Positions 17,405-27,561 of a stretch of DNA of 64,000 nt are shown one piece after another. A program made the position numbers and the translations under genes. The number at the start of each line of letters is the position of its first letter. The stretch's first letter is position 1. A model generated the notes under the pieces. It was not told the origin of the DNA and did not search any database. It worked only from the letters and a program-made list of their open reading frames with translations. Origin of the DNA: a bacterium (GTDB taxonomy: Bacteria > SAR324 > XYD2-FULL-50-16); the NCBI GenBank assembly GCA_032250835.1, contig JAVVEA010000003.1:185458-249457 (forward strand), read 5' to 3'.

Positions 17405-17648
17405 AAAACGCCCTGCGTTTTCCTCGGCCAGGGGCTCCGCCGGTGCCCCTACCAGCCTCCTTCGGCCTATCCCTAGGCCACTCGTTCCCTAAAATAGAAA
17501 AACATTGTGGCCACCAAGGGGCACTTGCTTCTGTGGCTTTGCGGTGCGCCTGAGGTTTCTCTAGACGGCCCTTTGTTGAGCTCATCTCAAGTTCAACGCT
17601 CTGATTCGACTTGGAACTCTTGGGTTTCCATAGTAGCTTATTTTTCAG

Positions 17649-20600
17649 ATGAATAGAGGCTTCAACACACCCAGCACTCAACCTCCTATGGCCGTCCCTC
17701 TAATCCGTAGCTTTACCCCCTATGTGGAGCCCTCAAGGTCATCTGAATATTTTGGTTTATCGGCAACCAACCTTAATTGGGAGACTTTACTTGCCTCGCC
17801 TCATGTCATTATTTTGGGGCAACCGGGGGTGGGGAAGACCTTTGAGATGCGGCAGGCGGCTGATCAGCTTCATCTGGAGAACAAAGAGCTTTTCTACTGT
17901 ACCGCTACTGACGTCTTACTTAGAAGGCCCTTGCAGGTGCCTGATCAGCCTCGATTTCAACAAGCTCAGGAGCAGGGCAAAGGTTTAGTTTTTTTGATCG
18001 ACTCATTGGACGAGGGCAACTTGCTTCCTCAAGGTGGCAAGGTAAGGACGCTTTTTGAGGCCTTTTACCGTTCGCCTGATCTTGGCCAAGTGGACAAAAA
18101 ACAGTTACATTGGGTGATTTCAGTGCGGCCAACCTATTGGGCCTTACTCCCAGATCGGGAGCTCGCCCAGGACTACGCATTTGCTACGCCGCGAAAACAT
18201 ACCGATGCCGGGCTAGGCGAAACTGAAGCGCACAAAGAGAGCGAAGAAAAAGCCGAGGCGCTTCGGGTTTCCCGGCCAGAAAAGAGTGAAGCCCGCCTTC
18301 TTGAAGTCACCCTCAACCCATTGGATTACGAACAAGTAAAAGCCTATTGTCATCAGATGTTCCCTCAAGACGGTGGTGATTTTTTTCGGGCCATGGAAAC
18401 ACAAGGGAAATGGGCTAATCTGCCGCGGGAAATCAAATATTGGTTCAACTTTTGGCGCAACAATGGCTCCTTTGGGACCCGAAAGGAGCGGATGAAGGAC
18501 TATTGCGCTACTTTGCTGGACGAGGCCAACGAAGACCTCAGAGTGGGCATACCCGATGCCCAAAAGTTGGCAAGTCGACTAGCAGCTGCTTTGGTTTTAG
18601 TAGAAGTTGGGCAATTGGCCCCGGTTGATAGGGACTCAGATAAGGGTCTGGATTTGTCTATAATGCTTCCCGAGTTGCCTACCGCTCGCCAATTAACTTC
18701 CCTTATAGACAGGGCCGCATTTAAAGACTCGGGAACCAACGTTGCCTTTGTCGACACCGAGGTACGCGATTTTTTAGCCGCTTGCTGGATTTTTGAGCAG
18801 TCCAAAGTGGGACCGGCTTACGAACTGTGCGAGTTCTTTTTTGCTTCCTCAGAAATAGGTCCACTGGCTAACCGGAAAGTACCTGAAGTCCTGGCTTGGA
18901 TCGGTCAGTTTGAGCAAGGACCCCGGTTCTTTCGACCCCTCCTAAATGCGGCACCCGACCTGTTGATCAGTCAGGGCGATCCAGCATTGTTGTCAGACTC
19001 CAACCTGAAACTAGTACTCGAAGCGATCCGCCATTTTCCGTACAATCTGGTGCAGGGCTACCGCGCACCAGCTATCCGGAACCAACTCAGTCAGTCAATA
19101 GGTCGCCTTTCATTGATGGACTATTATCAAGAGGTGATTGAAGACATTGTCTGCCCCCCTGGTTTACGTACACTCTTGCTACAAGTGGTTTCGCTTTCTC
19201 AACCGGCTCGCTTTGGCAAGTTAGCTGCAGATATTATCCAAGACGAAAACCAGCCATACCCATGCCGTTATGCAGCGGTAGACATTTGCGAGAAAGCCGC
19301 AGATTCTGACGTGTTCACTTCCCTGCGCGAGTACTTTTTGGTCTTGCCCGTGACGGTTTCCCAGCAACTCCGCCTGGATCTATTAGAACTTTTATATCCT
19401 CAGCATCTATCGGTCGAGGAAGTGCTCGCTTTTTTTAAAGGTGGGGACCTCAGGTTGGGCAACACTTTCCTGACGGATAGGGACTATCTAGTTAAAGGCG
19501 TAGCGGATCAAACAAAAGACGAAGACCTATTGGAATTTTTTAGAGGTTTGGCAAACCTCATAGCGGACATAAAAAAGCCCTTGGAATCGCCAACCGGGCT
19601 CCAAACCAAAGAGCAATACAGGTGGGCGTTAGCCACCTTGGGCGCTGTATTCGAGCGATTATTTCTCACGTGGGATGAAGGGCAAAGCATAGCCCCTTTG
19701 GGAGATGCTGTTCGAACTCTTTCTGCGCTGGGGTTACATGGCCGGACCAAGCAATGGTCGTTTGAAGCCGCCTATAGTACGCGCCCAGAACTACGAAAAC
19801 AGCTCATAACAGCGGCCCTTTGGTCAACACCGGAACGGTTTTACGGGCGCTATTTTTACAGCGCCCTATATTTAACTGAAAGTGACCTCGCATGGATATT
19901 ACCCAAAATTGGTATTCAAGAAAATGAGGCAATTGATATAAGTCTGTGGGATTTAGCGCGGTCCTTCGTAGATTCAGAAGGTCTGCAAATACATAAAGAG
20001 CAACTATTGCAGCAATCTCGCGATAAACCTCGTCTACATCAAACACTCCGAAATTACCTCGATGCGCCCAAGCAACAGCCCCTTAAGTTGCCAGATTTAG
20101 GATCTCAATTAGAGTACGATATTCGCTTTCAAGCTGGCTTCAAACAGTGTCAAGAATTGCTTCCTCATCTTCAAGCCATCGAGACTGACGCAAAAGGGGA
20201 TTTGTTAATGCGTGTCTGGGATTTTGCCGAGGAGTACCGAAATTTCTCGGGTTCAAACCGGTCAGAAATTCCTATCGACCGATTCGATTTTGAACCAAAA
20301 GAGTTAAGCCGAGCTTTCCGCAAGGGGCTAGTTTTTTACTTTGAACATTTTGCCGCCACGCAGCCGACACCAGACAGTTCCACTTACGGTGACGTGTTAG
20401 CCTTGGTAGCATGTCAGTTGATCGCTTCGGTAGAAGGTGTACAAGCATTCGACCAATATAGGGCTCGCAAGGCTCTGCAACTTGGTTTTTACGAACTCAA
20501 CCAGTTTCCTTGGTGGTGGACATCACTAGCTTCTCGACATTTTGGGGTCCTTGAGGAAATCTTACCGCCTCTTTTCGAAGCAGAAATGAGAGCAACAGGG

Positions 20601-21989
20601 ACTGAAGAAAGGCCGCGACATGCACAAGTACTCAATCATTTTTCGGCTCTAGCGCTTGAATATTCTATCAAGCAAGAAATGCCGAAGGAATCAAAGTCAG
20701 GAAACGACCTGTTTGGGCAGGAGGACCGTTCTCTCACAGAATCCGAGTTGGAGCTGCAACATGCATTAAGTGCCTGTGCAGCCTCCATGCTTTGGCCGCT
20801 GTTTCAAACTATCCCCCCAAAATCAGTACATATTTTGGAGGCTGCACTGGCCATTTTACTTCCTCATTTTGGGAGCGATCCAAAACTAGTCCAGTTAATT
20901 TCCCAGCGGGCGCAGAACGAAGGAACACCCCAAGACGGGAAAATCGCCCAAAAATATTGGTCTGCTTGGCTGCGGTTGGAACCTAAATCTTGTTGGATTG
21001 CGGTTCGAAAAATATTGCCTGAGGACCTTCCAGTTAAGCAGGCGGTTTTGGAAGCGGTTTTTGATCACTCCTACCACGAAGCACATGATCAACGGGTCAA
21101 CTGGCTTGGTAGTCTAAGCGTGAACTTGCTGGACGAAATGCTGATTGCTTTTGCTACGGCATTTCTTTACGAGACGGATCCACGCAGAGAAAGAGTTCGG
21201 GTCCTTACCAGGACAAGGACAGGGATTGAGACTCGCGACCAGTTACTGCAGACTTTGGGTACGCATACCGATTCCGTTGCGGCCTACAACTCTTTGCTTG
21301 GTTTATTGCAAAATCCCCTTTTTCAGGGGAGGTATTACGAAATATCGGGGCATTTGGCGAGTATAAGAGGATTCCTATATTCACCAGCCCCCTGGAAGGC
21401 ATCCGACGTTTTGGAGTTCGAGCACTCCCACACCCACCAACCTAAAGACGCTCAACAGTTCTTCAAGCAAATCTGCAACCGCGTTGAGATGGCTCAAGAG
21501 CGCCTCCTTATAAGCGACTTTGCGCCCATGTATTTGATCAACAACAAAGCCTCCGAAGCGGACTTTCAGTTCTGGCTAAGTGATCAACTGGACCACAACT
21601 CCAATGGGTACCATGTGGGGATGGAGGAGATGAAATCCAACCGAAACCGCCGTGACATCACAGTAAGCCGTTCAAGTGAGCAGGGCCACTGGACCGTTGT
21701 CGTTGAAGCCAAATTGATCGAAGGCTCTAGATACAGTGCAAACGATCTTTTTTCGGCGCTAGAAAAACAGCTAGTAGAGCGCTACTTAGTAGGACCTGAA
21801 TCCGAGAAGAAAGGGGGCATCCTCTGGGTCGTCAAAAAACGCGATAAGACGTTCCTCTGGGAAGGCGAGACCTTGGAGTTTGCGGAGTTGATTGCCCGGC
21901 TCAACGAAAGAGCACAAGCCCTTGCCCGAGAAAAGGGGCTGGTGGGGTTGCGGGTTATGGGGGTTGATTTGAGGTCCAGCCGCATTTGA
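17649..21989 (+). CDS. Large STAND/NACHT-like NTPase with C-terminal PD-(D/E)xK-like nuclease; putative antiphage protein
   Basis: Walker A GQPGVGKT, Walker B FLIDSLDE, long helical middle region, C-terminal E.DFQ.WL...RRDITV...VVVEAK...QLVERYL. Visibly more AT-rich than its neighbours. Confidence 0.7.
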   Translation: MNRGFNTPSTQPPMAVPLIRSFTPYVEPSRSSEYFGLSATNLNWETLLASPHVIILGQPGVGKTFEMRQAADQLHLENKELFYCTATDVLLRRPLQVPDQPRFQQAQEQGKGLVFLIDSLDEGNLLPQGGKVRTLFEAFYRSPDLGQVDKKQLHWVISVRPTYWALLPDRELAQDYAFATPRKHTDAGLGETEAHKESEEKAEALRVSRPEKSEARLLEVTLNPLDYEQVKAYCHQMFPQDGGDFFRAMETQGKWANLPREIKYWFNFWRNNGSFGTRKERMKDYCATLLDEANEDLRVGIPDAQKLASRLAAALVLVEVGQLAPVDRDSDKGLDLSIMLPELPTARQLTSLIDRAAFKDSGTNVAFVDTEVRDFLAACWIFEQSKVGPAYELCEFFFASSEIGPLANRKVPEVLAWIGQFEQGPRFFRPLLNAAPDLLISQGDPALLSDSNLKLVLEAIRHFPYNLVQGYRAPAIRNQLSQSIGRLSLMDYYQEVIEDIVCPPGLRTLLLQVVSLSQPARFGKLAADIIQDENQPYPCRYAAVDICEKAADSDVFTSLREYFLVLPVTVSQQLRLDLLELLYPQHLSVEEVLAFFKGGDLRLGNTFLTDRDYLVKGVADQTKDEDLLEFFRGLANLIADIKKPLESPTGLQTKEQYRWALATLGAVFERLFLTWDEGQSIAPLGDAVRTLSALGLHGRTKQWSFEAAYSTRPELRKQLITAALWSTPERFYGRYFYSALYLTESDLAWILPKIGIQENEAIDISLWDLARSFVDSEGLQIHKEQLLQQSRDKPRLHQTLRNYLDAPKQQPLKLPDLGSQLEYDIRFQAGFKQCQELLPHLQAIETDAKGDLLMRVWDFAEEYRNFSGSNRSEIPIDRFDFEPKELSRAFRKGLVFYFEHFAATQPTPDSSTYGDVLALVACQLIASVEGVQAFDQYRARKALQLGFYELNQFPWWWTSLASRHFGVLEEILPPLFEAEMRATGTEERPRHAQVLNHFSALALEYSIKQEMPKESKSGNDLFGQEDRSLTESELELQHALSACAASMLWPLFQTIPPKSVHILEAALAILLPHFGSDPKLVQLISQRAQNEGTPQDGKIAQKYWSAWLRLEPKSCWIAVRKILPEDLPVKQAVLEAVFDHSYHEAHDQRVNWLGSLSVNLLDEMLIAFATAFLYETDPRRERVRVLTRTRTGIETRDQLLQTLGTHTDSVAAYNSLLGLLQNPLFQGRYYEISGHLASIRGFLYSPAPWKASDVLEFEHSHTHQPKDAQQFFKQICNRVEMAQERLLISDFAPMYLINNKASEADFQFWLSDQLDHNSNGYHVGMEEMKSNRNRRDITVSRSSEQGHWTVVVEAKLIEGSRYSANDLFSALEKQLVERYLVGPESEKKGGILWVVKKRDKTFLWEGETLEFAELIARLNERAQALAREKGLVGLRVMGVDLRSSRI

Positions 21990-22054
21990 CCGTATCGGTC
22001 TTACGCTTGGCTATCGAGAAGAAATGGCAAAATTCGCCACCTGCTCCCAAAATC

Positions 22055-22456
22055 CTACCGGATATTATGTTCCTTAAAAAGCGGAATGTACTTTTGGTCT
22101 TCGCCTAAGATGTGGCTGACGAGCCAGTCGGTCATGAAGGTCATGACGTCCACGCCAATCATGAAATTGCTGCTGCTGTCGAACTGGCTTTTTAACTCGT
22201 GCAGTTTGCGGGTGAAGCTTTCGTGCTTGGCTAAGTGGTCTTCGGCGCGTTCGTAGCCGATCTGTGCGAAGATTTCGGCTTCGTGCGAAAAGTGATCTTC
22301 GGTGTATTCTAGCAGCCCTTTAAAGATGTCTTGCAGTACCGCTTTCGATTCGCCTTGGCCCATGGCGGTCTGCAATTGCGCAATTAGGCCGAAGAGTTTC
22401 TGGTGCTGTTGGTCAATGGTGCCGATCCCTACGGCGAGGCTTTCATCCCACTTCAT
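22055..22456 (-). CDS. Bacteriohemerythrin
   Basis: MKWDESLAVGIGTIDQQH, HFSHE, H...H, WLVSHILGED; start at ATG 22456. Confidence 0.92.
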   Translation of the reverse strand: MKWDESLAVGIGTIDQQHQKLFGLIAQLQTAMGQGESKAVLQDIFKGLLEYTEDHFSHEAEIFAQIGYERAEDHLAKHESFTRKLHELKSQFDSSSNFMIGVDVMTFMTDWLVSHILGEDQKYIPLFKEHNIR

Positions 22457-22716
22457 TGGTACCAATCTACAAATCTGTAATTGCGTAAAATTAGGCCGAA
22501 CCCAAAAGGCCCCACCTTTGGAGAGAGCCCAGGCTAACCTACCCGAATCAGGCTGGCAACGGTCCAATTAACATCTAGTCAAGCAGATTACCTAAAGCTT
22601 TGAATCCGGGGGCCTTTTGTTAGCCTAAGCGGCCCTTGCCTGGACGCCTGTTTTTGCGGTAGGCCATAAGACACAAAGGCGGCAGTCGAGCCTTTTGCCA
22701 AAAAATTAGGAGCAAC

Positions 22717-24048
22717 ATGACCGATTGGATCAATCAATTAAACGGCCTCGTTTGGGGTCCGCCCATGCTGGCCCTGATCTTAGGCACCGGCTTGTTCCTC
22801 AGCCTGGGGCTCAAAGGCTTCCCGATCCGCAAACTTCCCGAAGGGTTCCGCCTGCTTTGGGCGGGGCGGCATTCACAAGAAAAGGGCGACATCACCCCTT
22901 GGGGGGCTTTAATGACCGCCCTGGCGGCAACGATTGGCACCGGAAACATCGCCGGGGTAGCTACGGCCATCTTTCTGGGCGGTCCTGGCGCGCTCTTTTG
23001 GATGTGGGTCACGGCTCTGGTCGGGATGGCCACCAAGTACGGTGAGGCGGTCTTGGCGGTACATTTTCGCGAGATCGACGCCAAGGGGGAGCATGTGGGC
23101 GGCCCCATGTATTACATCAAAAACGGCATGGGCCCCAAATGGGCTTGGCTCTCCTTCCTGTTTGCTTTCTTCGCCGCAGTGGCGGGCTTCGGCATTGGTA
23201 ATATGGTCCAAGCCAACTCGGTGGCTGATGTGGTGCAGTCCACTACTGGTCTGGATCATTGGGTGACCGGTTTGGTGTTGGCGGTTTTGGTGGCTTTGGT
23301 GCTTTTAGGCGGCATCCGCCGTATTGCCGAGGTGGCCGGTCGGTTGGTCCCGGCCATGGCGATTTTATATATTTTAGGCGCCCTCTCGGTCTTGCTGATC
23401 CATTTAGACCAGTTGCCCGGCGTGATGGCCGAAGTCTTTGCCCAGGCCTTTAGCCCCACCGCTGCCCAGGGCGGTTTTGCCGGGGCTGGGGTGTGGATGG
23501 CGATCCGCTACGGTGTGGCCCGAGGCGTTTTTTCCAATGAGGCGGGCTTGGGCAGTGCCCCTATAGCCCACGCCGCCGCCCAAACCAAAGACCCCATCAC
23601 CCAGGGCATGGTGGCCATGTTGGGCACCTTCATCGATACGTTGATTGTTTGTACCTTAACGGGCTTGGTGATTCTGGTCAGTGGCGCTTGGACCAGCGGC
23701 GAAACCGGAGCGGCTTTAAGCTCCATGGCCTTTGGTCGGGGCTTAGGGCCCACCGGAGAGTGGATCGTGGCCCTGGGCTTGGCCCTTTTCGCTTTCACTA
23801 CGCTGATCGGCTGGAGTTATTATGGCGAAAAGGCGGTGGAGTATCTGTTGGGTGTGCGGGCTATCGTCCCCTACCGGATCGCCTGGGTGCTTTGCATCCC
23901 TCTAGGCGCGACCACCAAGTTGAGTCTAGTCTGGCTGATCGCCGACACACTCAACGCTTTGATGGCGCTGCCTAACTTGATCGCCCTCGTCTTTTTGGGG
24001 CCTTTGATTTTCCGGCTAACGGCCCAGTGGGCCGCACAACGCAAGTAA
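22717..24048 (+). CDS. Sodium:alanine/glycine symporter (AGCS family)
   Basis: ATIGTGNIAGVA, GGPGALFWMW, GGPMYY, RGVFSNEAGLGSAP, DTLIVCT; AGGAG RBS. Confidence 0.95.
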   Translation: MTDWINQLNGLVWGPPMLALILGTGLFLSLGLKGFPIRKLPEGFRLLWAGRHSQEKGDITPWGALMTALAATIGTGNIAGVATAIFLGGPGALFWMWVTALVGMATKYGEAVLAVHFREIDAKGEHVGGPMYYIKNGMGPKWAWLSFLFAFFAAVAGFGIGNMVQANSVADVVQSTTGLDHWVTGLVLAVLVALVLLGGIRRIAEVAGRLVPAMAILYILGALSVLLIHLDQLPGVMAEVFAQAFSPTAAQGGFAGAGVWMAIRYGVARGVFSNEAGLGSAPIAHAAAQTKDPITQGMVAMLGTFIDTLIVCTLTGLVILVSGAWTSGETGAALSSMAFGRGLGPTGEWIVALGLALFAFTTLIGWSYYGEKAVEYLLGVRAIVPYRIAWVLCIPLGATTKLSLVWLIADTLNALMALPNLIALVFLGPLIFRLTAQWAAQRK

Positions 24049-24055
24049 CACGGCG

Positions 24056-25456
24056 GTGAGGCGATACCTTTTAAATGCGGCGCTGCTAAGCAGCGGTGCC
24101 AGTGGGGCCGTTCTTTGGATCGCCTCTAACCGAATGTTAGCCCCCTGGTTTGGCTTGAGCGACAGCGGAGCGGCCTTGACCTCGGTGCTGCTGCTGGCCG
24201 CCGGACTGGGCGCTTGGCTGGGCGGTTGGGCGGTCGAGCACAGGCCCCAGGGATTACTGTTAACCCACAACATGACGGCCTTGGCGCTGGCCTGCCTGGC
24301 GGTCCCTAGTTTACGTGCGGGACTTAGCTCACTGTTCGGGCAGCCCAGCCTGTTGGCTAGCCCCTGGTTGGCCTCGATCCTGCTTTTTGGTTTGCCCGCT
24401 GCGGCTGGGGGGTTTTTGATGCCTCTGCTGTTGCGCCTGGGTTTGTTGTGGCAAGGGGACCGGGCCTTGGGTGCGGGGCTCGGCAGGCTGTTGGGGAAGC
24501 AGTTGCTGGGATGCTGGCTGGGCTATTGGTTGGGACGGTATGGCCTGTTGCCTTGGCTGCGGATCGACGGCATCTTTTTAGGTCTGGGGCTCATTTGGGG
24601 GGTCTTGGCCTGCTGGGGGTATGTACTCTGGGCCCCGGGACGCTTTTCTAAGGGGAATTTGAGTCTCCTGGCGGTTTTGGCCGGGCTTTTGGCCACTTCC
24701 GGCGGGACGCTGGCCCGATTGCCGCTGCCCGAAGGGGTGGCTGCTGATCTCCAAGGGCCTGACGCCCGTTAACGATTGATCCACCGTACTGACCCCGAGG
24801 CCCCCAGTTGGACCTTGTGGCGCGACCTTGAGCGAGTCGAGCAGGTAGGTTCGGAACCCGAACTTTTGGCTTGGGAATTGGCCGCTTGGGCAGGCCCGAT
24901 GCCTCGGCAGGTTTTGTTGTGGGGCCCCGGCAGTCTGGCTTGGGCGGTGCAAATCAGGTCCCGTTTTCCCTCGGCCCAGTTGACTTGGCTCAACCCCGAG
25001 GCGGCCTGGGTGGAACTGGCCCAGCGGCTACCGGGCGGGGAGGCCTTGGTGCGCCGCCAAGCGGACCCACGCCAATGGTTGGCCGGGCACCGCCAAAGTT
25101 ATGATTGGATCTTATCGGCCCAGGGACCCCGCCCCCCGGCAGCTTGGGCGAGCCAAGAGTTTTACCGGCTAGTGGCCAACCGCTTGACCCGCGAGGGGGT
25201 GTTTTTAACCGCTTTGGAGTCCCCCCGTGCCAGCCCGCTGAGCCGGTCCACCTCGGCTACTTTGGGCCGCGTGTTTGGCCATCGGCAGGAGTTTTTAGGT
25301 CCCCTGGGGCCGGTATGGCTGGCAGCGCCGCGCCCCTTTGGTCAAACCTCGAGCCCCGAAGCGTTGTCCTTTAAGCCCCAACCCTTGGGCCAGGAATCGG
25401 GTGCGGAGATTTTTAGCGATTTAGAAGCGCCGCTTGCGCGGCTAACATTACCTTAA
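24056..25456 (+). pseudogene. Membrane-fused spermidine-synthase-like gene interrupted by in-frame TAA at 24770-24772
   Basis: A TM module (24056-24772) and a Rossmann-like module (24776-25456; D.RQWL...YDWI, SQEFY..V..RL...GVF) lie in the same frame, separated only by TAA-CGA. Confidence 0.55.
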
Positions 25457-25465
25457 GGATTGGTG

Positions 25466-26356
25466 ATGAAAAAGGCTCTTTGGCTTGGGTTGGTCTGGCT
25501 TTGCTGCCCTCTGGAACTTTGGGCCTTTGACGGGAACCAAGCGCTGCAACATATCCAAACCCAGTTGGATTTTGGTCCCCGTTATCCGACCAGTCCAGGG
25601 CACCAAAAGACCCGCCAATGGCTCATCCGACGCCTCGGCCCGCTGGCCGACCGGGTCGAAAAGGACCGCTGGGACCACGAAGATGCCCACAAAAAAGTTT
25701 ATGCTTTGGAAAACCTAGTTTTCCGGTTCCAGCCCCAACGCAAGCAGCGGCTGATTCTAGGGGCCCATTACGACAGCCGCCGCTTCGCCGACAAAGATCC
25801 GGCCGATCCGTTCGCCGCCTTGGCCGGAGCCAACGACAGCGCCTCGGGTGTGGCGGTCTTGGTGGAATTAGCGCCTCAGTTGGCGGCCTTGATCAAGGGC
25901 AAGGAGTGGGGCTTAGATTTGGTGTTTTTTGATGCCGAAGAAGGGGAGCTAGACCCCAAGGCACGGCCCTGGAAACCCATCGGTTCGATCCATTTTGCCA
26001 GCCAACTAAGCCGTTTTTATCCAGAACTTAAGCCCCAGTTGGCGATTGTCGTGGATATGGTGTGCGACAAAGATTTGCAGTTGAAGTTCGAGCGCTTCAG
26101 TCTCGACTCGGTACCCAAACAGGTTTGGCGGATGTGGGAGCTAGGGGCCCAGCAGAGCGATGGATTTATTGCCGAATATGGCTACGCCATCTACGACGAC
26201 CATTACCCCCTGATCCAAGCGGGTGTGCCGGCCCTGTTGCTGATTGATTACGACTACCCGGCCTGGCATACCCAGGCGGACCAGATCGACCAATGCAGCG
26301 CAAAGAGCCTGCAAGCGGTGGGGGACACGTTGCTTCAGTTCCTCAAAACCTATTAG
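25466..26356 (+). CDS. M28 family peptidase / glutaminyl cyclase-like
   Basis: Signal peptide, FGPR, GAHYDSR, GANDSASG, FFDAEE, VDMV, DDH, WHT..D. Confidence 0.88.
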   Translation: MKKALWLGLVWLCCPLELWAFDGNQALQHIQTQLDFGPRYPTSPGHQKTRQWLIRRLGPLADRVEKDRWDHEDAHKKVYALENLVFRFQPQRKQRLILGAHYDSRRFADKDPADPFAALAGANDSASGVAVLVELAPQLAALIKGKEWGLDLVFFDAEEGELDPKARPWKPIGSIHFASQLSRFYPELKPQLAIVVDMVCDKDLQLKFERFSLDSVPKQVWRMWELGAQQSDGFIAEYGYAIYDDHYPLIQAGVPALLLIDYDYPAWHTQADQIDQCSAKSLQAVGDTLLQFLKTY

Positions 26357-26805
26357 GGGAGCTTGCGGTCCAGATGGGCTTCGTAGTTGACCAAGCGGCG
26401 GTCGTAGGTACCCTGCATCAGCGGCGAGCTGATCAGGAAATCGGCGGTTGCTCGGTTACAGGCCATCGGCAGGTTCCAAACCACCGCCAACCGCAGCAAG
26501 GCTTTGACGTCCGGGTCGTGGGGCTGGGCGGCTAAGGGGTCCCAAAAGAAGAAGAGGAAGTCCAAGCGCCGTTCGGTGATCATCGCGCCTACTTGGCTAT
26601 CTCCGCCTAGAGGGCCGCTGGCTAGCCCGACCACTTCCAACCCGCAACGCTCACGCAGCAGCCGACCGGTGGTCCCGGTGGCGACCAATTCGTGGTTCAT
26701 CAGCGTCCCTTTGTTGAAATTAGCCCATTCTAAGAGCGTCTCTTTGCGGTTGTCATGCGCCACTAGCGCAATCCGCTTGATCTTGTTGATGCGTATTTTG
26801 TCCAT
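26353..26805 (-). CDS. mgsA: Methylglyoxal synthase
   Basis: IALVAHD, ATGTTG, SGPLGGD, FFWDPL..QPHDPDVKALLR, ACNRATAD. Confidence 0.96.
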   Translation of the reverse strand: MDKIRINKIKRIALVAHDNRKETLLEWANFNKGTLMNHELVATGTTGRLLRERCGLEVVGLASGPLGGDSQVGAMITERRLDFLFFFWDPLAAQPHDPDVKALLRLAVVWNLPMACNRATADFLISSPLMQGTYDRRLVNYEAHLDRKLP

Positions 26806-26883
26806 TTCCTGATTGCCGATTGTGTTATGCTTTGGCCTAAGATAGGCTTGAAGCCATCTTGGGGCAAGTCAAATGAGGTTTTT

Positions 26884-27519
26884 TTGGAATCCTGGTACCA
26901 CCGTTATATCTTTCCTTCCTTGCTGGATTGGCTGATGTCCGGCGAGCCCTTCACCGGGCTGCGGAGTCAGCTCTTATCGCCGGTGCGGGGGCAGGTCTTA
27001 GAGATCGGCCTGGGCACGGGGCTCAATCTGTCCCATTACCCGGCCAATTTAGAGGCCCTAAAGAGCCTCGACCTTTCCCCGGCGCTGGCTCGCCTCGCTA
27101 GCAATCGTTTGGCTGCGGCCCCTTTTGAAGTGATCCATTACCTCGGCAGTGCCGAATCTATGCCCTTTGAGGAGCGGCAGTTTGATCAAGTGATCAGCAC
27201 CTGGACCCTCTGTAGCATTGCCGACCTGGATGCGGCCCTGCGCGAGATCAAACGGGTGATGCGGCCCGGAGGGGTCTTCCGCTTCGTCGAACATGGAGCC
27301 CACCCGAACCCCAAAATCCGGGCTTGGCAAGACCGCCTCAATCGGCTGCATAATAAATTAGCTTCGGGCTGCAATCTGAACCGGGACATCCGCTCGGCCT
27401 TGCTGGAGCACGGCTTTTTCTTTGAGCAATTGGAATGTTGGGAAATGGCCCGCACACCTAAGATTTTAGGCTACCATTGTATGGGCGCGGCGCGGTTGCT
27501 GCGCCCCGAAGAGCCTTAA
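26884..27519 (+). CDS. Class I SAM-dependent methyltransferase
   Basis: VLEIGLGTGLN, AE.MPF...FD, TLCS, RVMRPGG..FVEHG, GCNLNR; start at TTG 26884 after GAGG. Confidence 0.88.
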   Translation: MESWYHRYIFPSLLDWLMSGEPFTGLRSQLLSPVRGQVLEIGLGTGLNLSHYPANLEALKSLDLSPALARLASNRLAAAPFEVIHYLGSAESMPFEERQFDQVISTWTLCSIADLDAALREIKRVMRPGGVFRFVEHGAHPNPKIRAWQDRLNRLHNKLASGCNLNRDIRSALLEHGFFFEQLECWEMARTPKILGYHCMGAARLLRPEEP

Positions 27520-27561
27520 AAAAGCACACCAAGCCCGCTTGCCCAAAGGTGAAATGATGGC

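Noticed and set aside
17404-22055. att sites, target duplications or an integrase around the STAND gene
   Set aside because: I could not find convincing flanking direct repeats, a tRNA or a recombinase by eye.
22570-22716. Glycine riboswitch expected upstream of the AGCS symporter
   Set aside because: No GGAGA...CCGAAG...CTCAGG aptamer pattern is visible.
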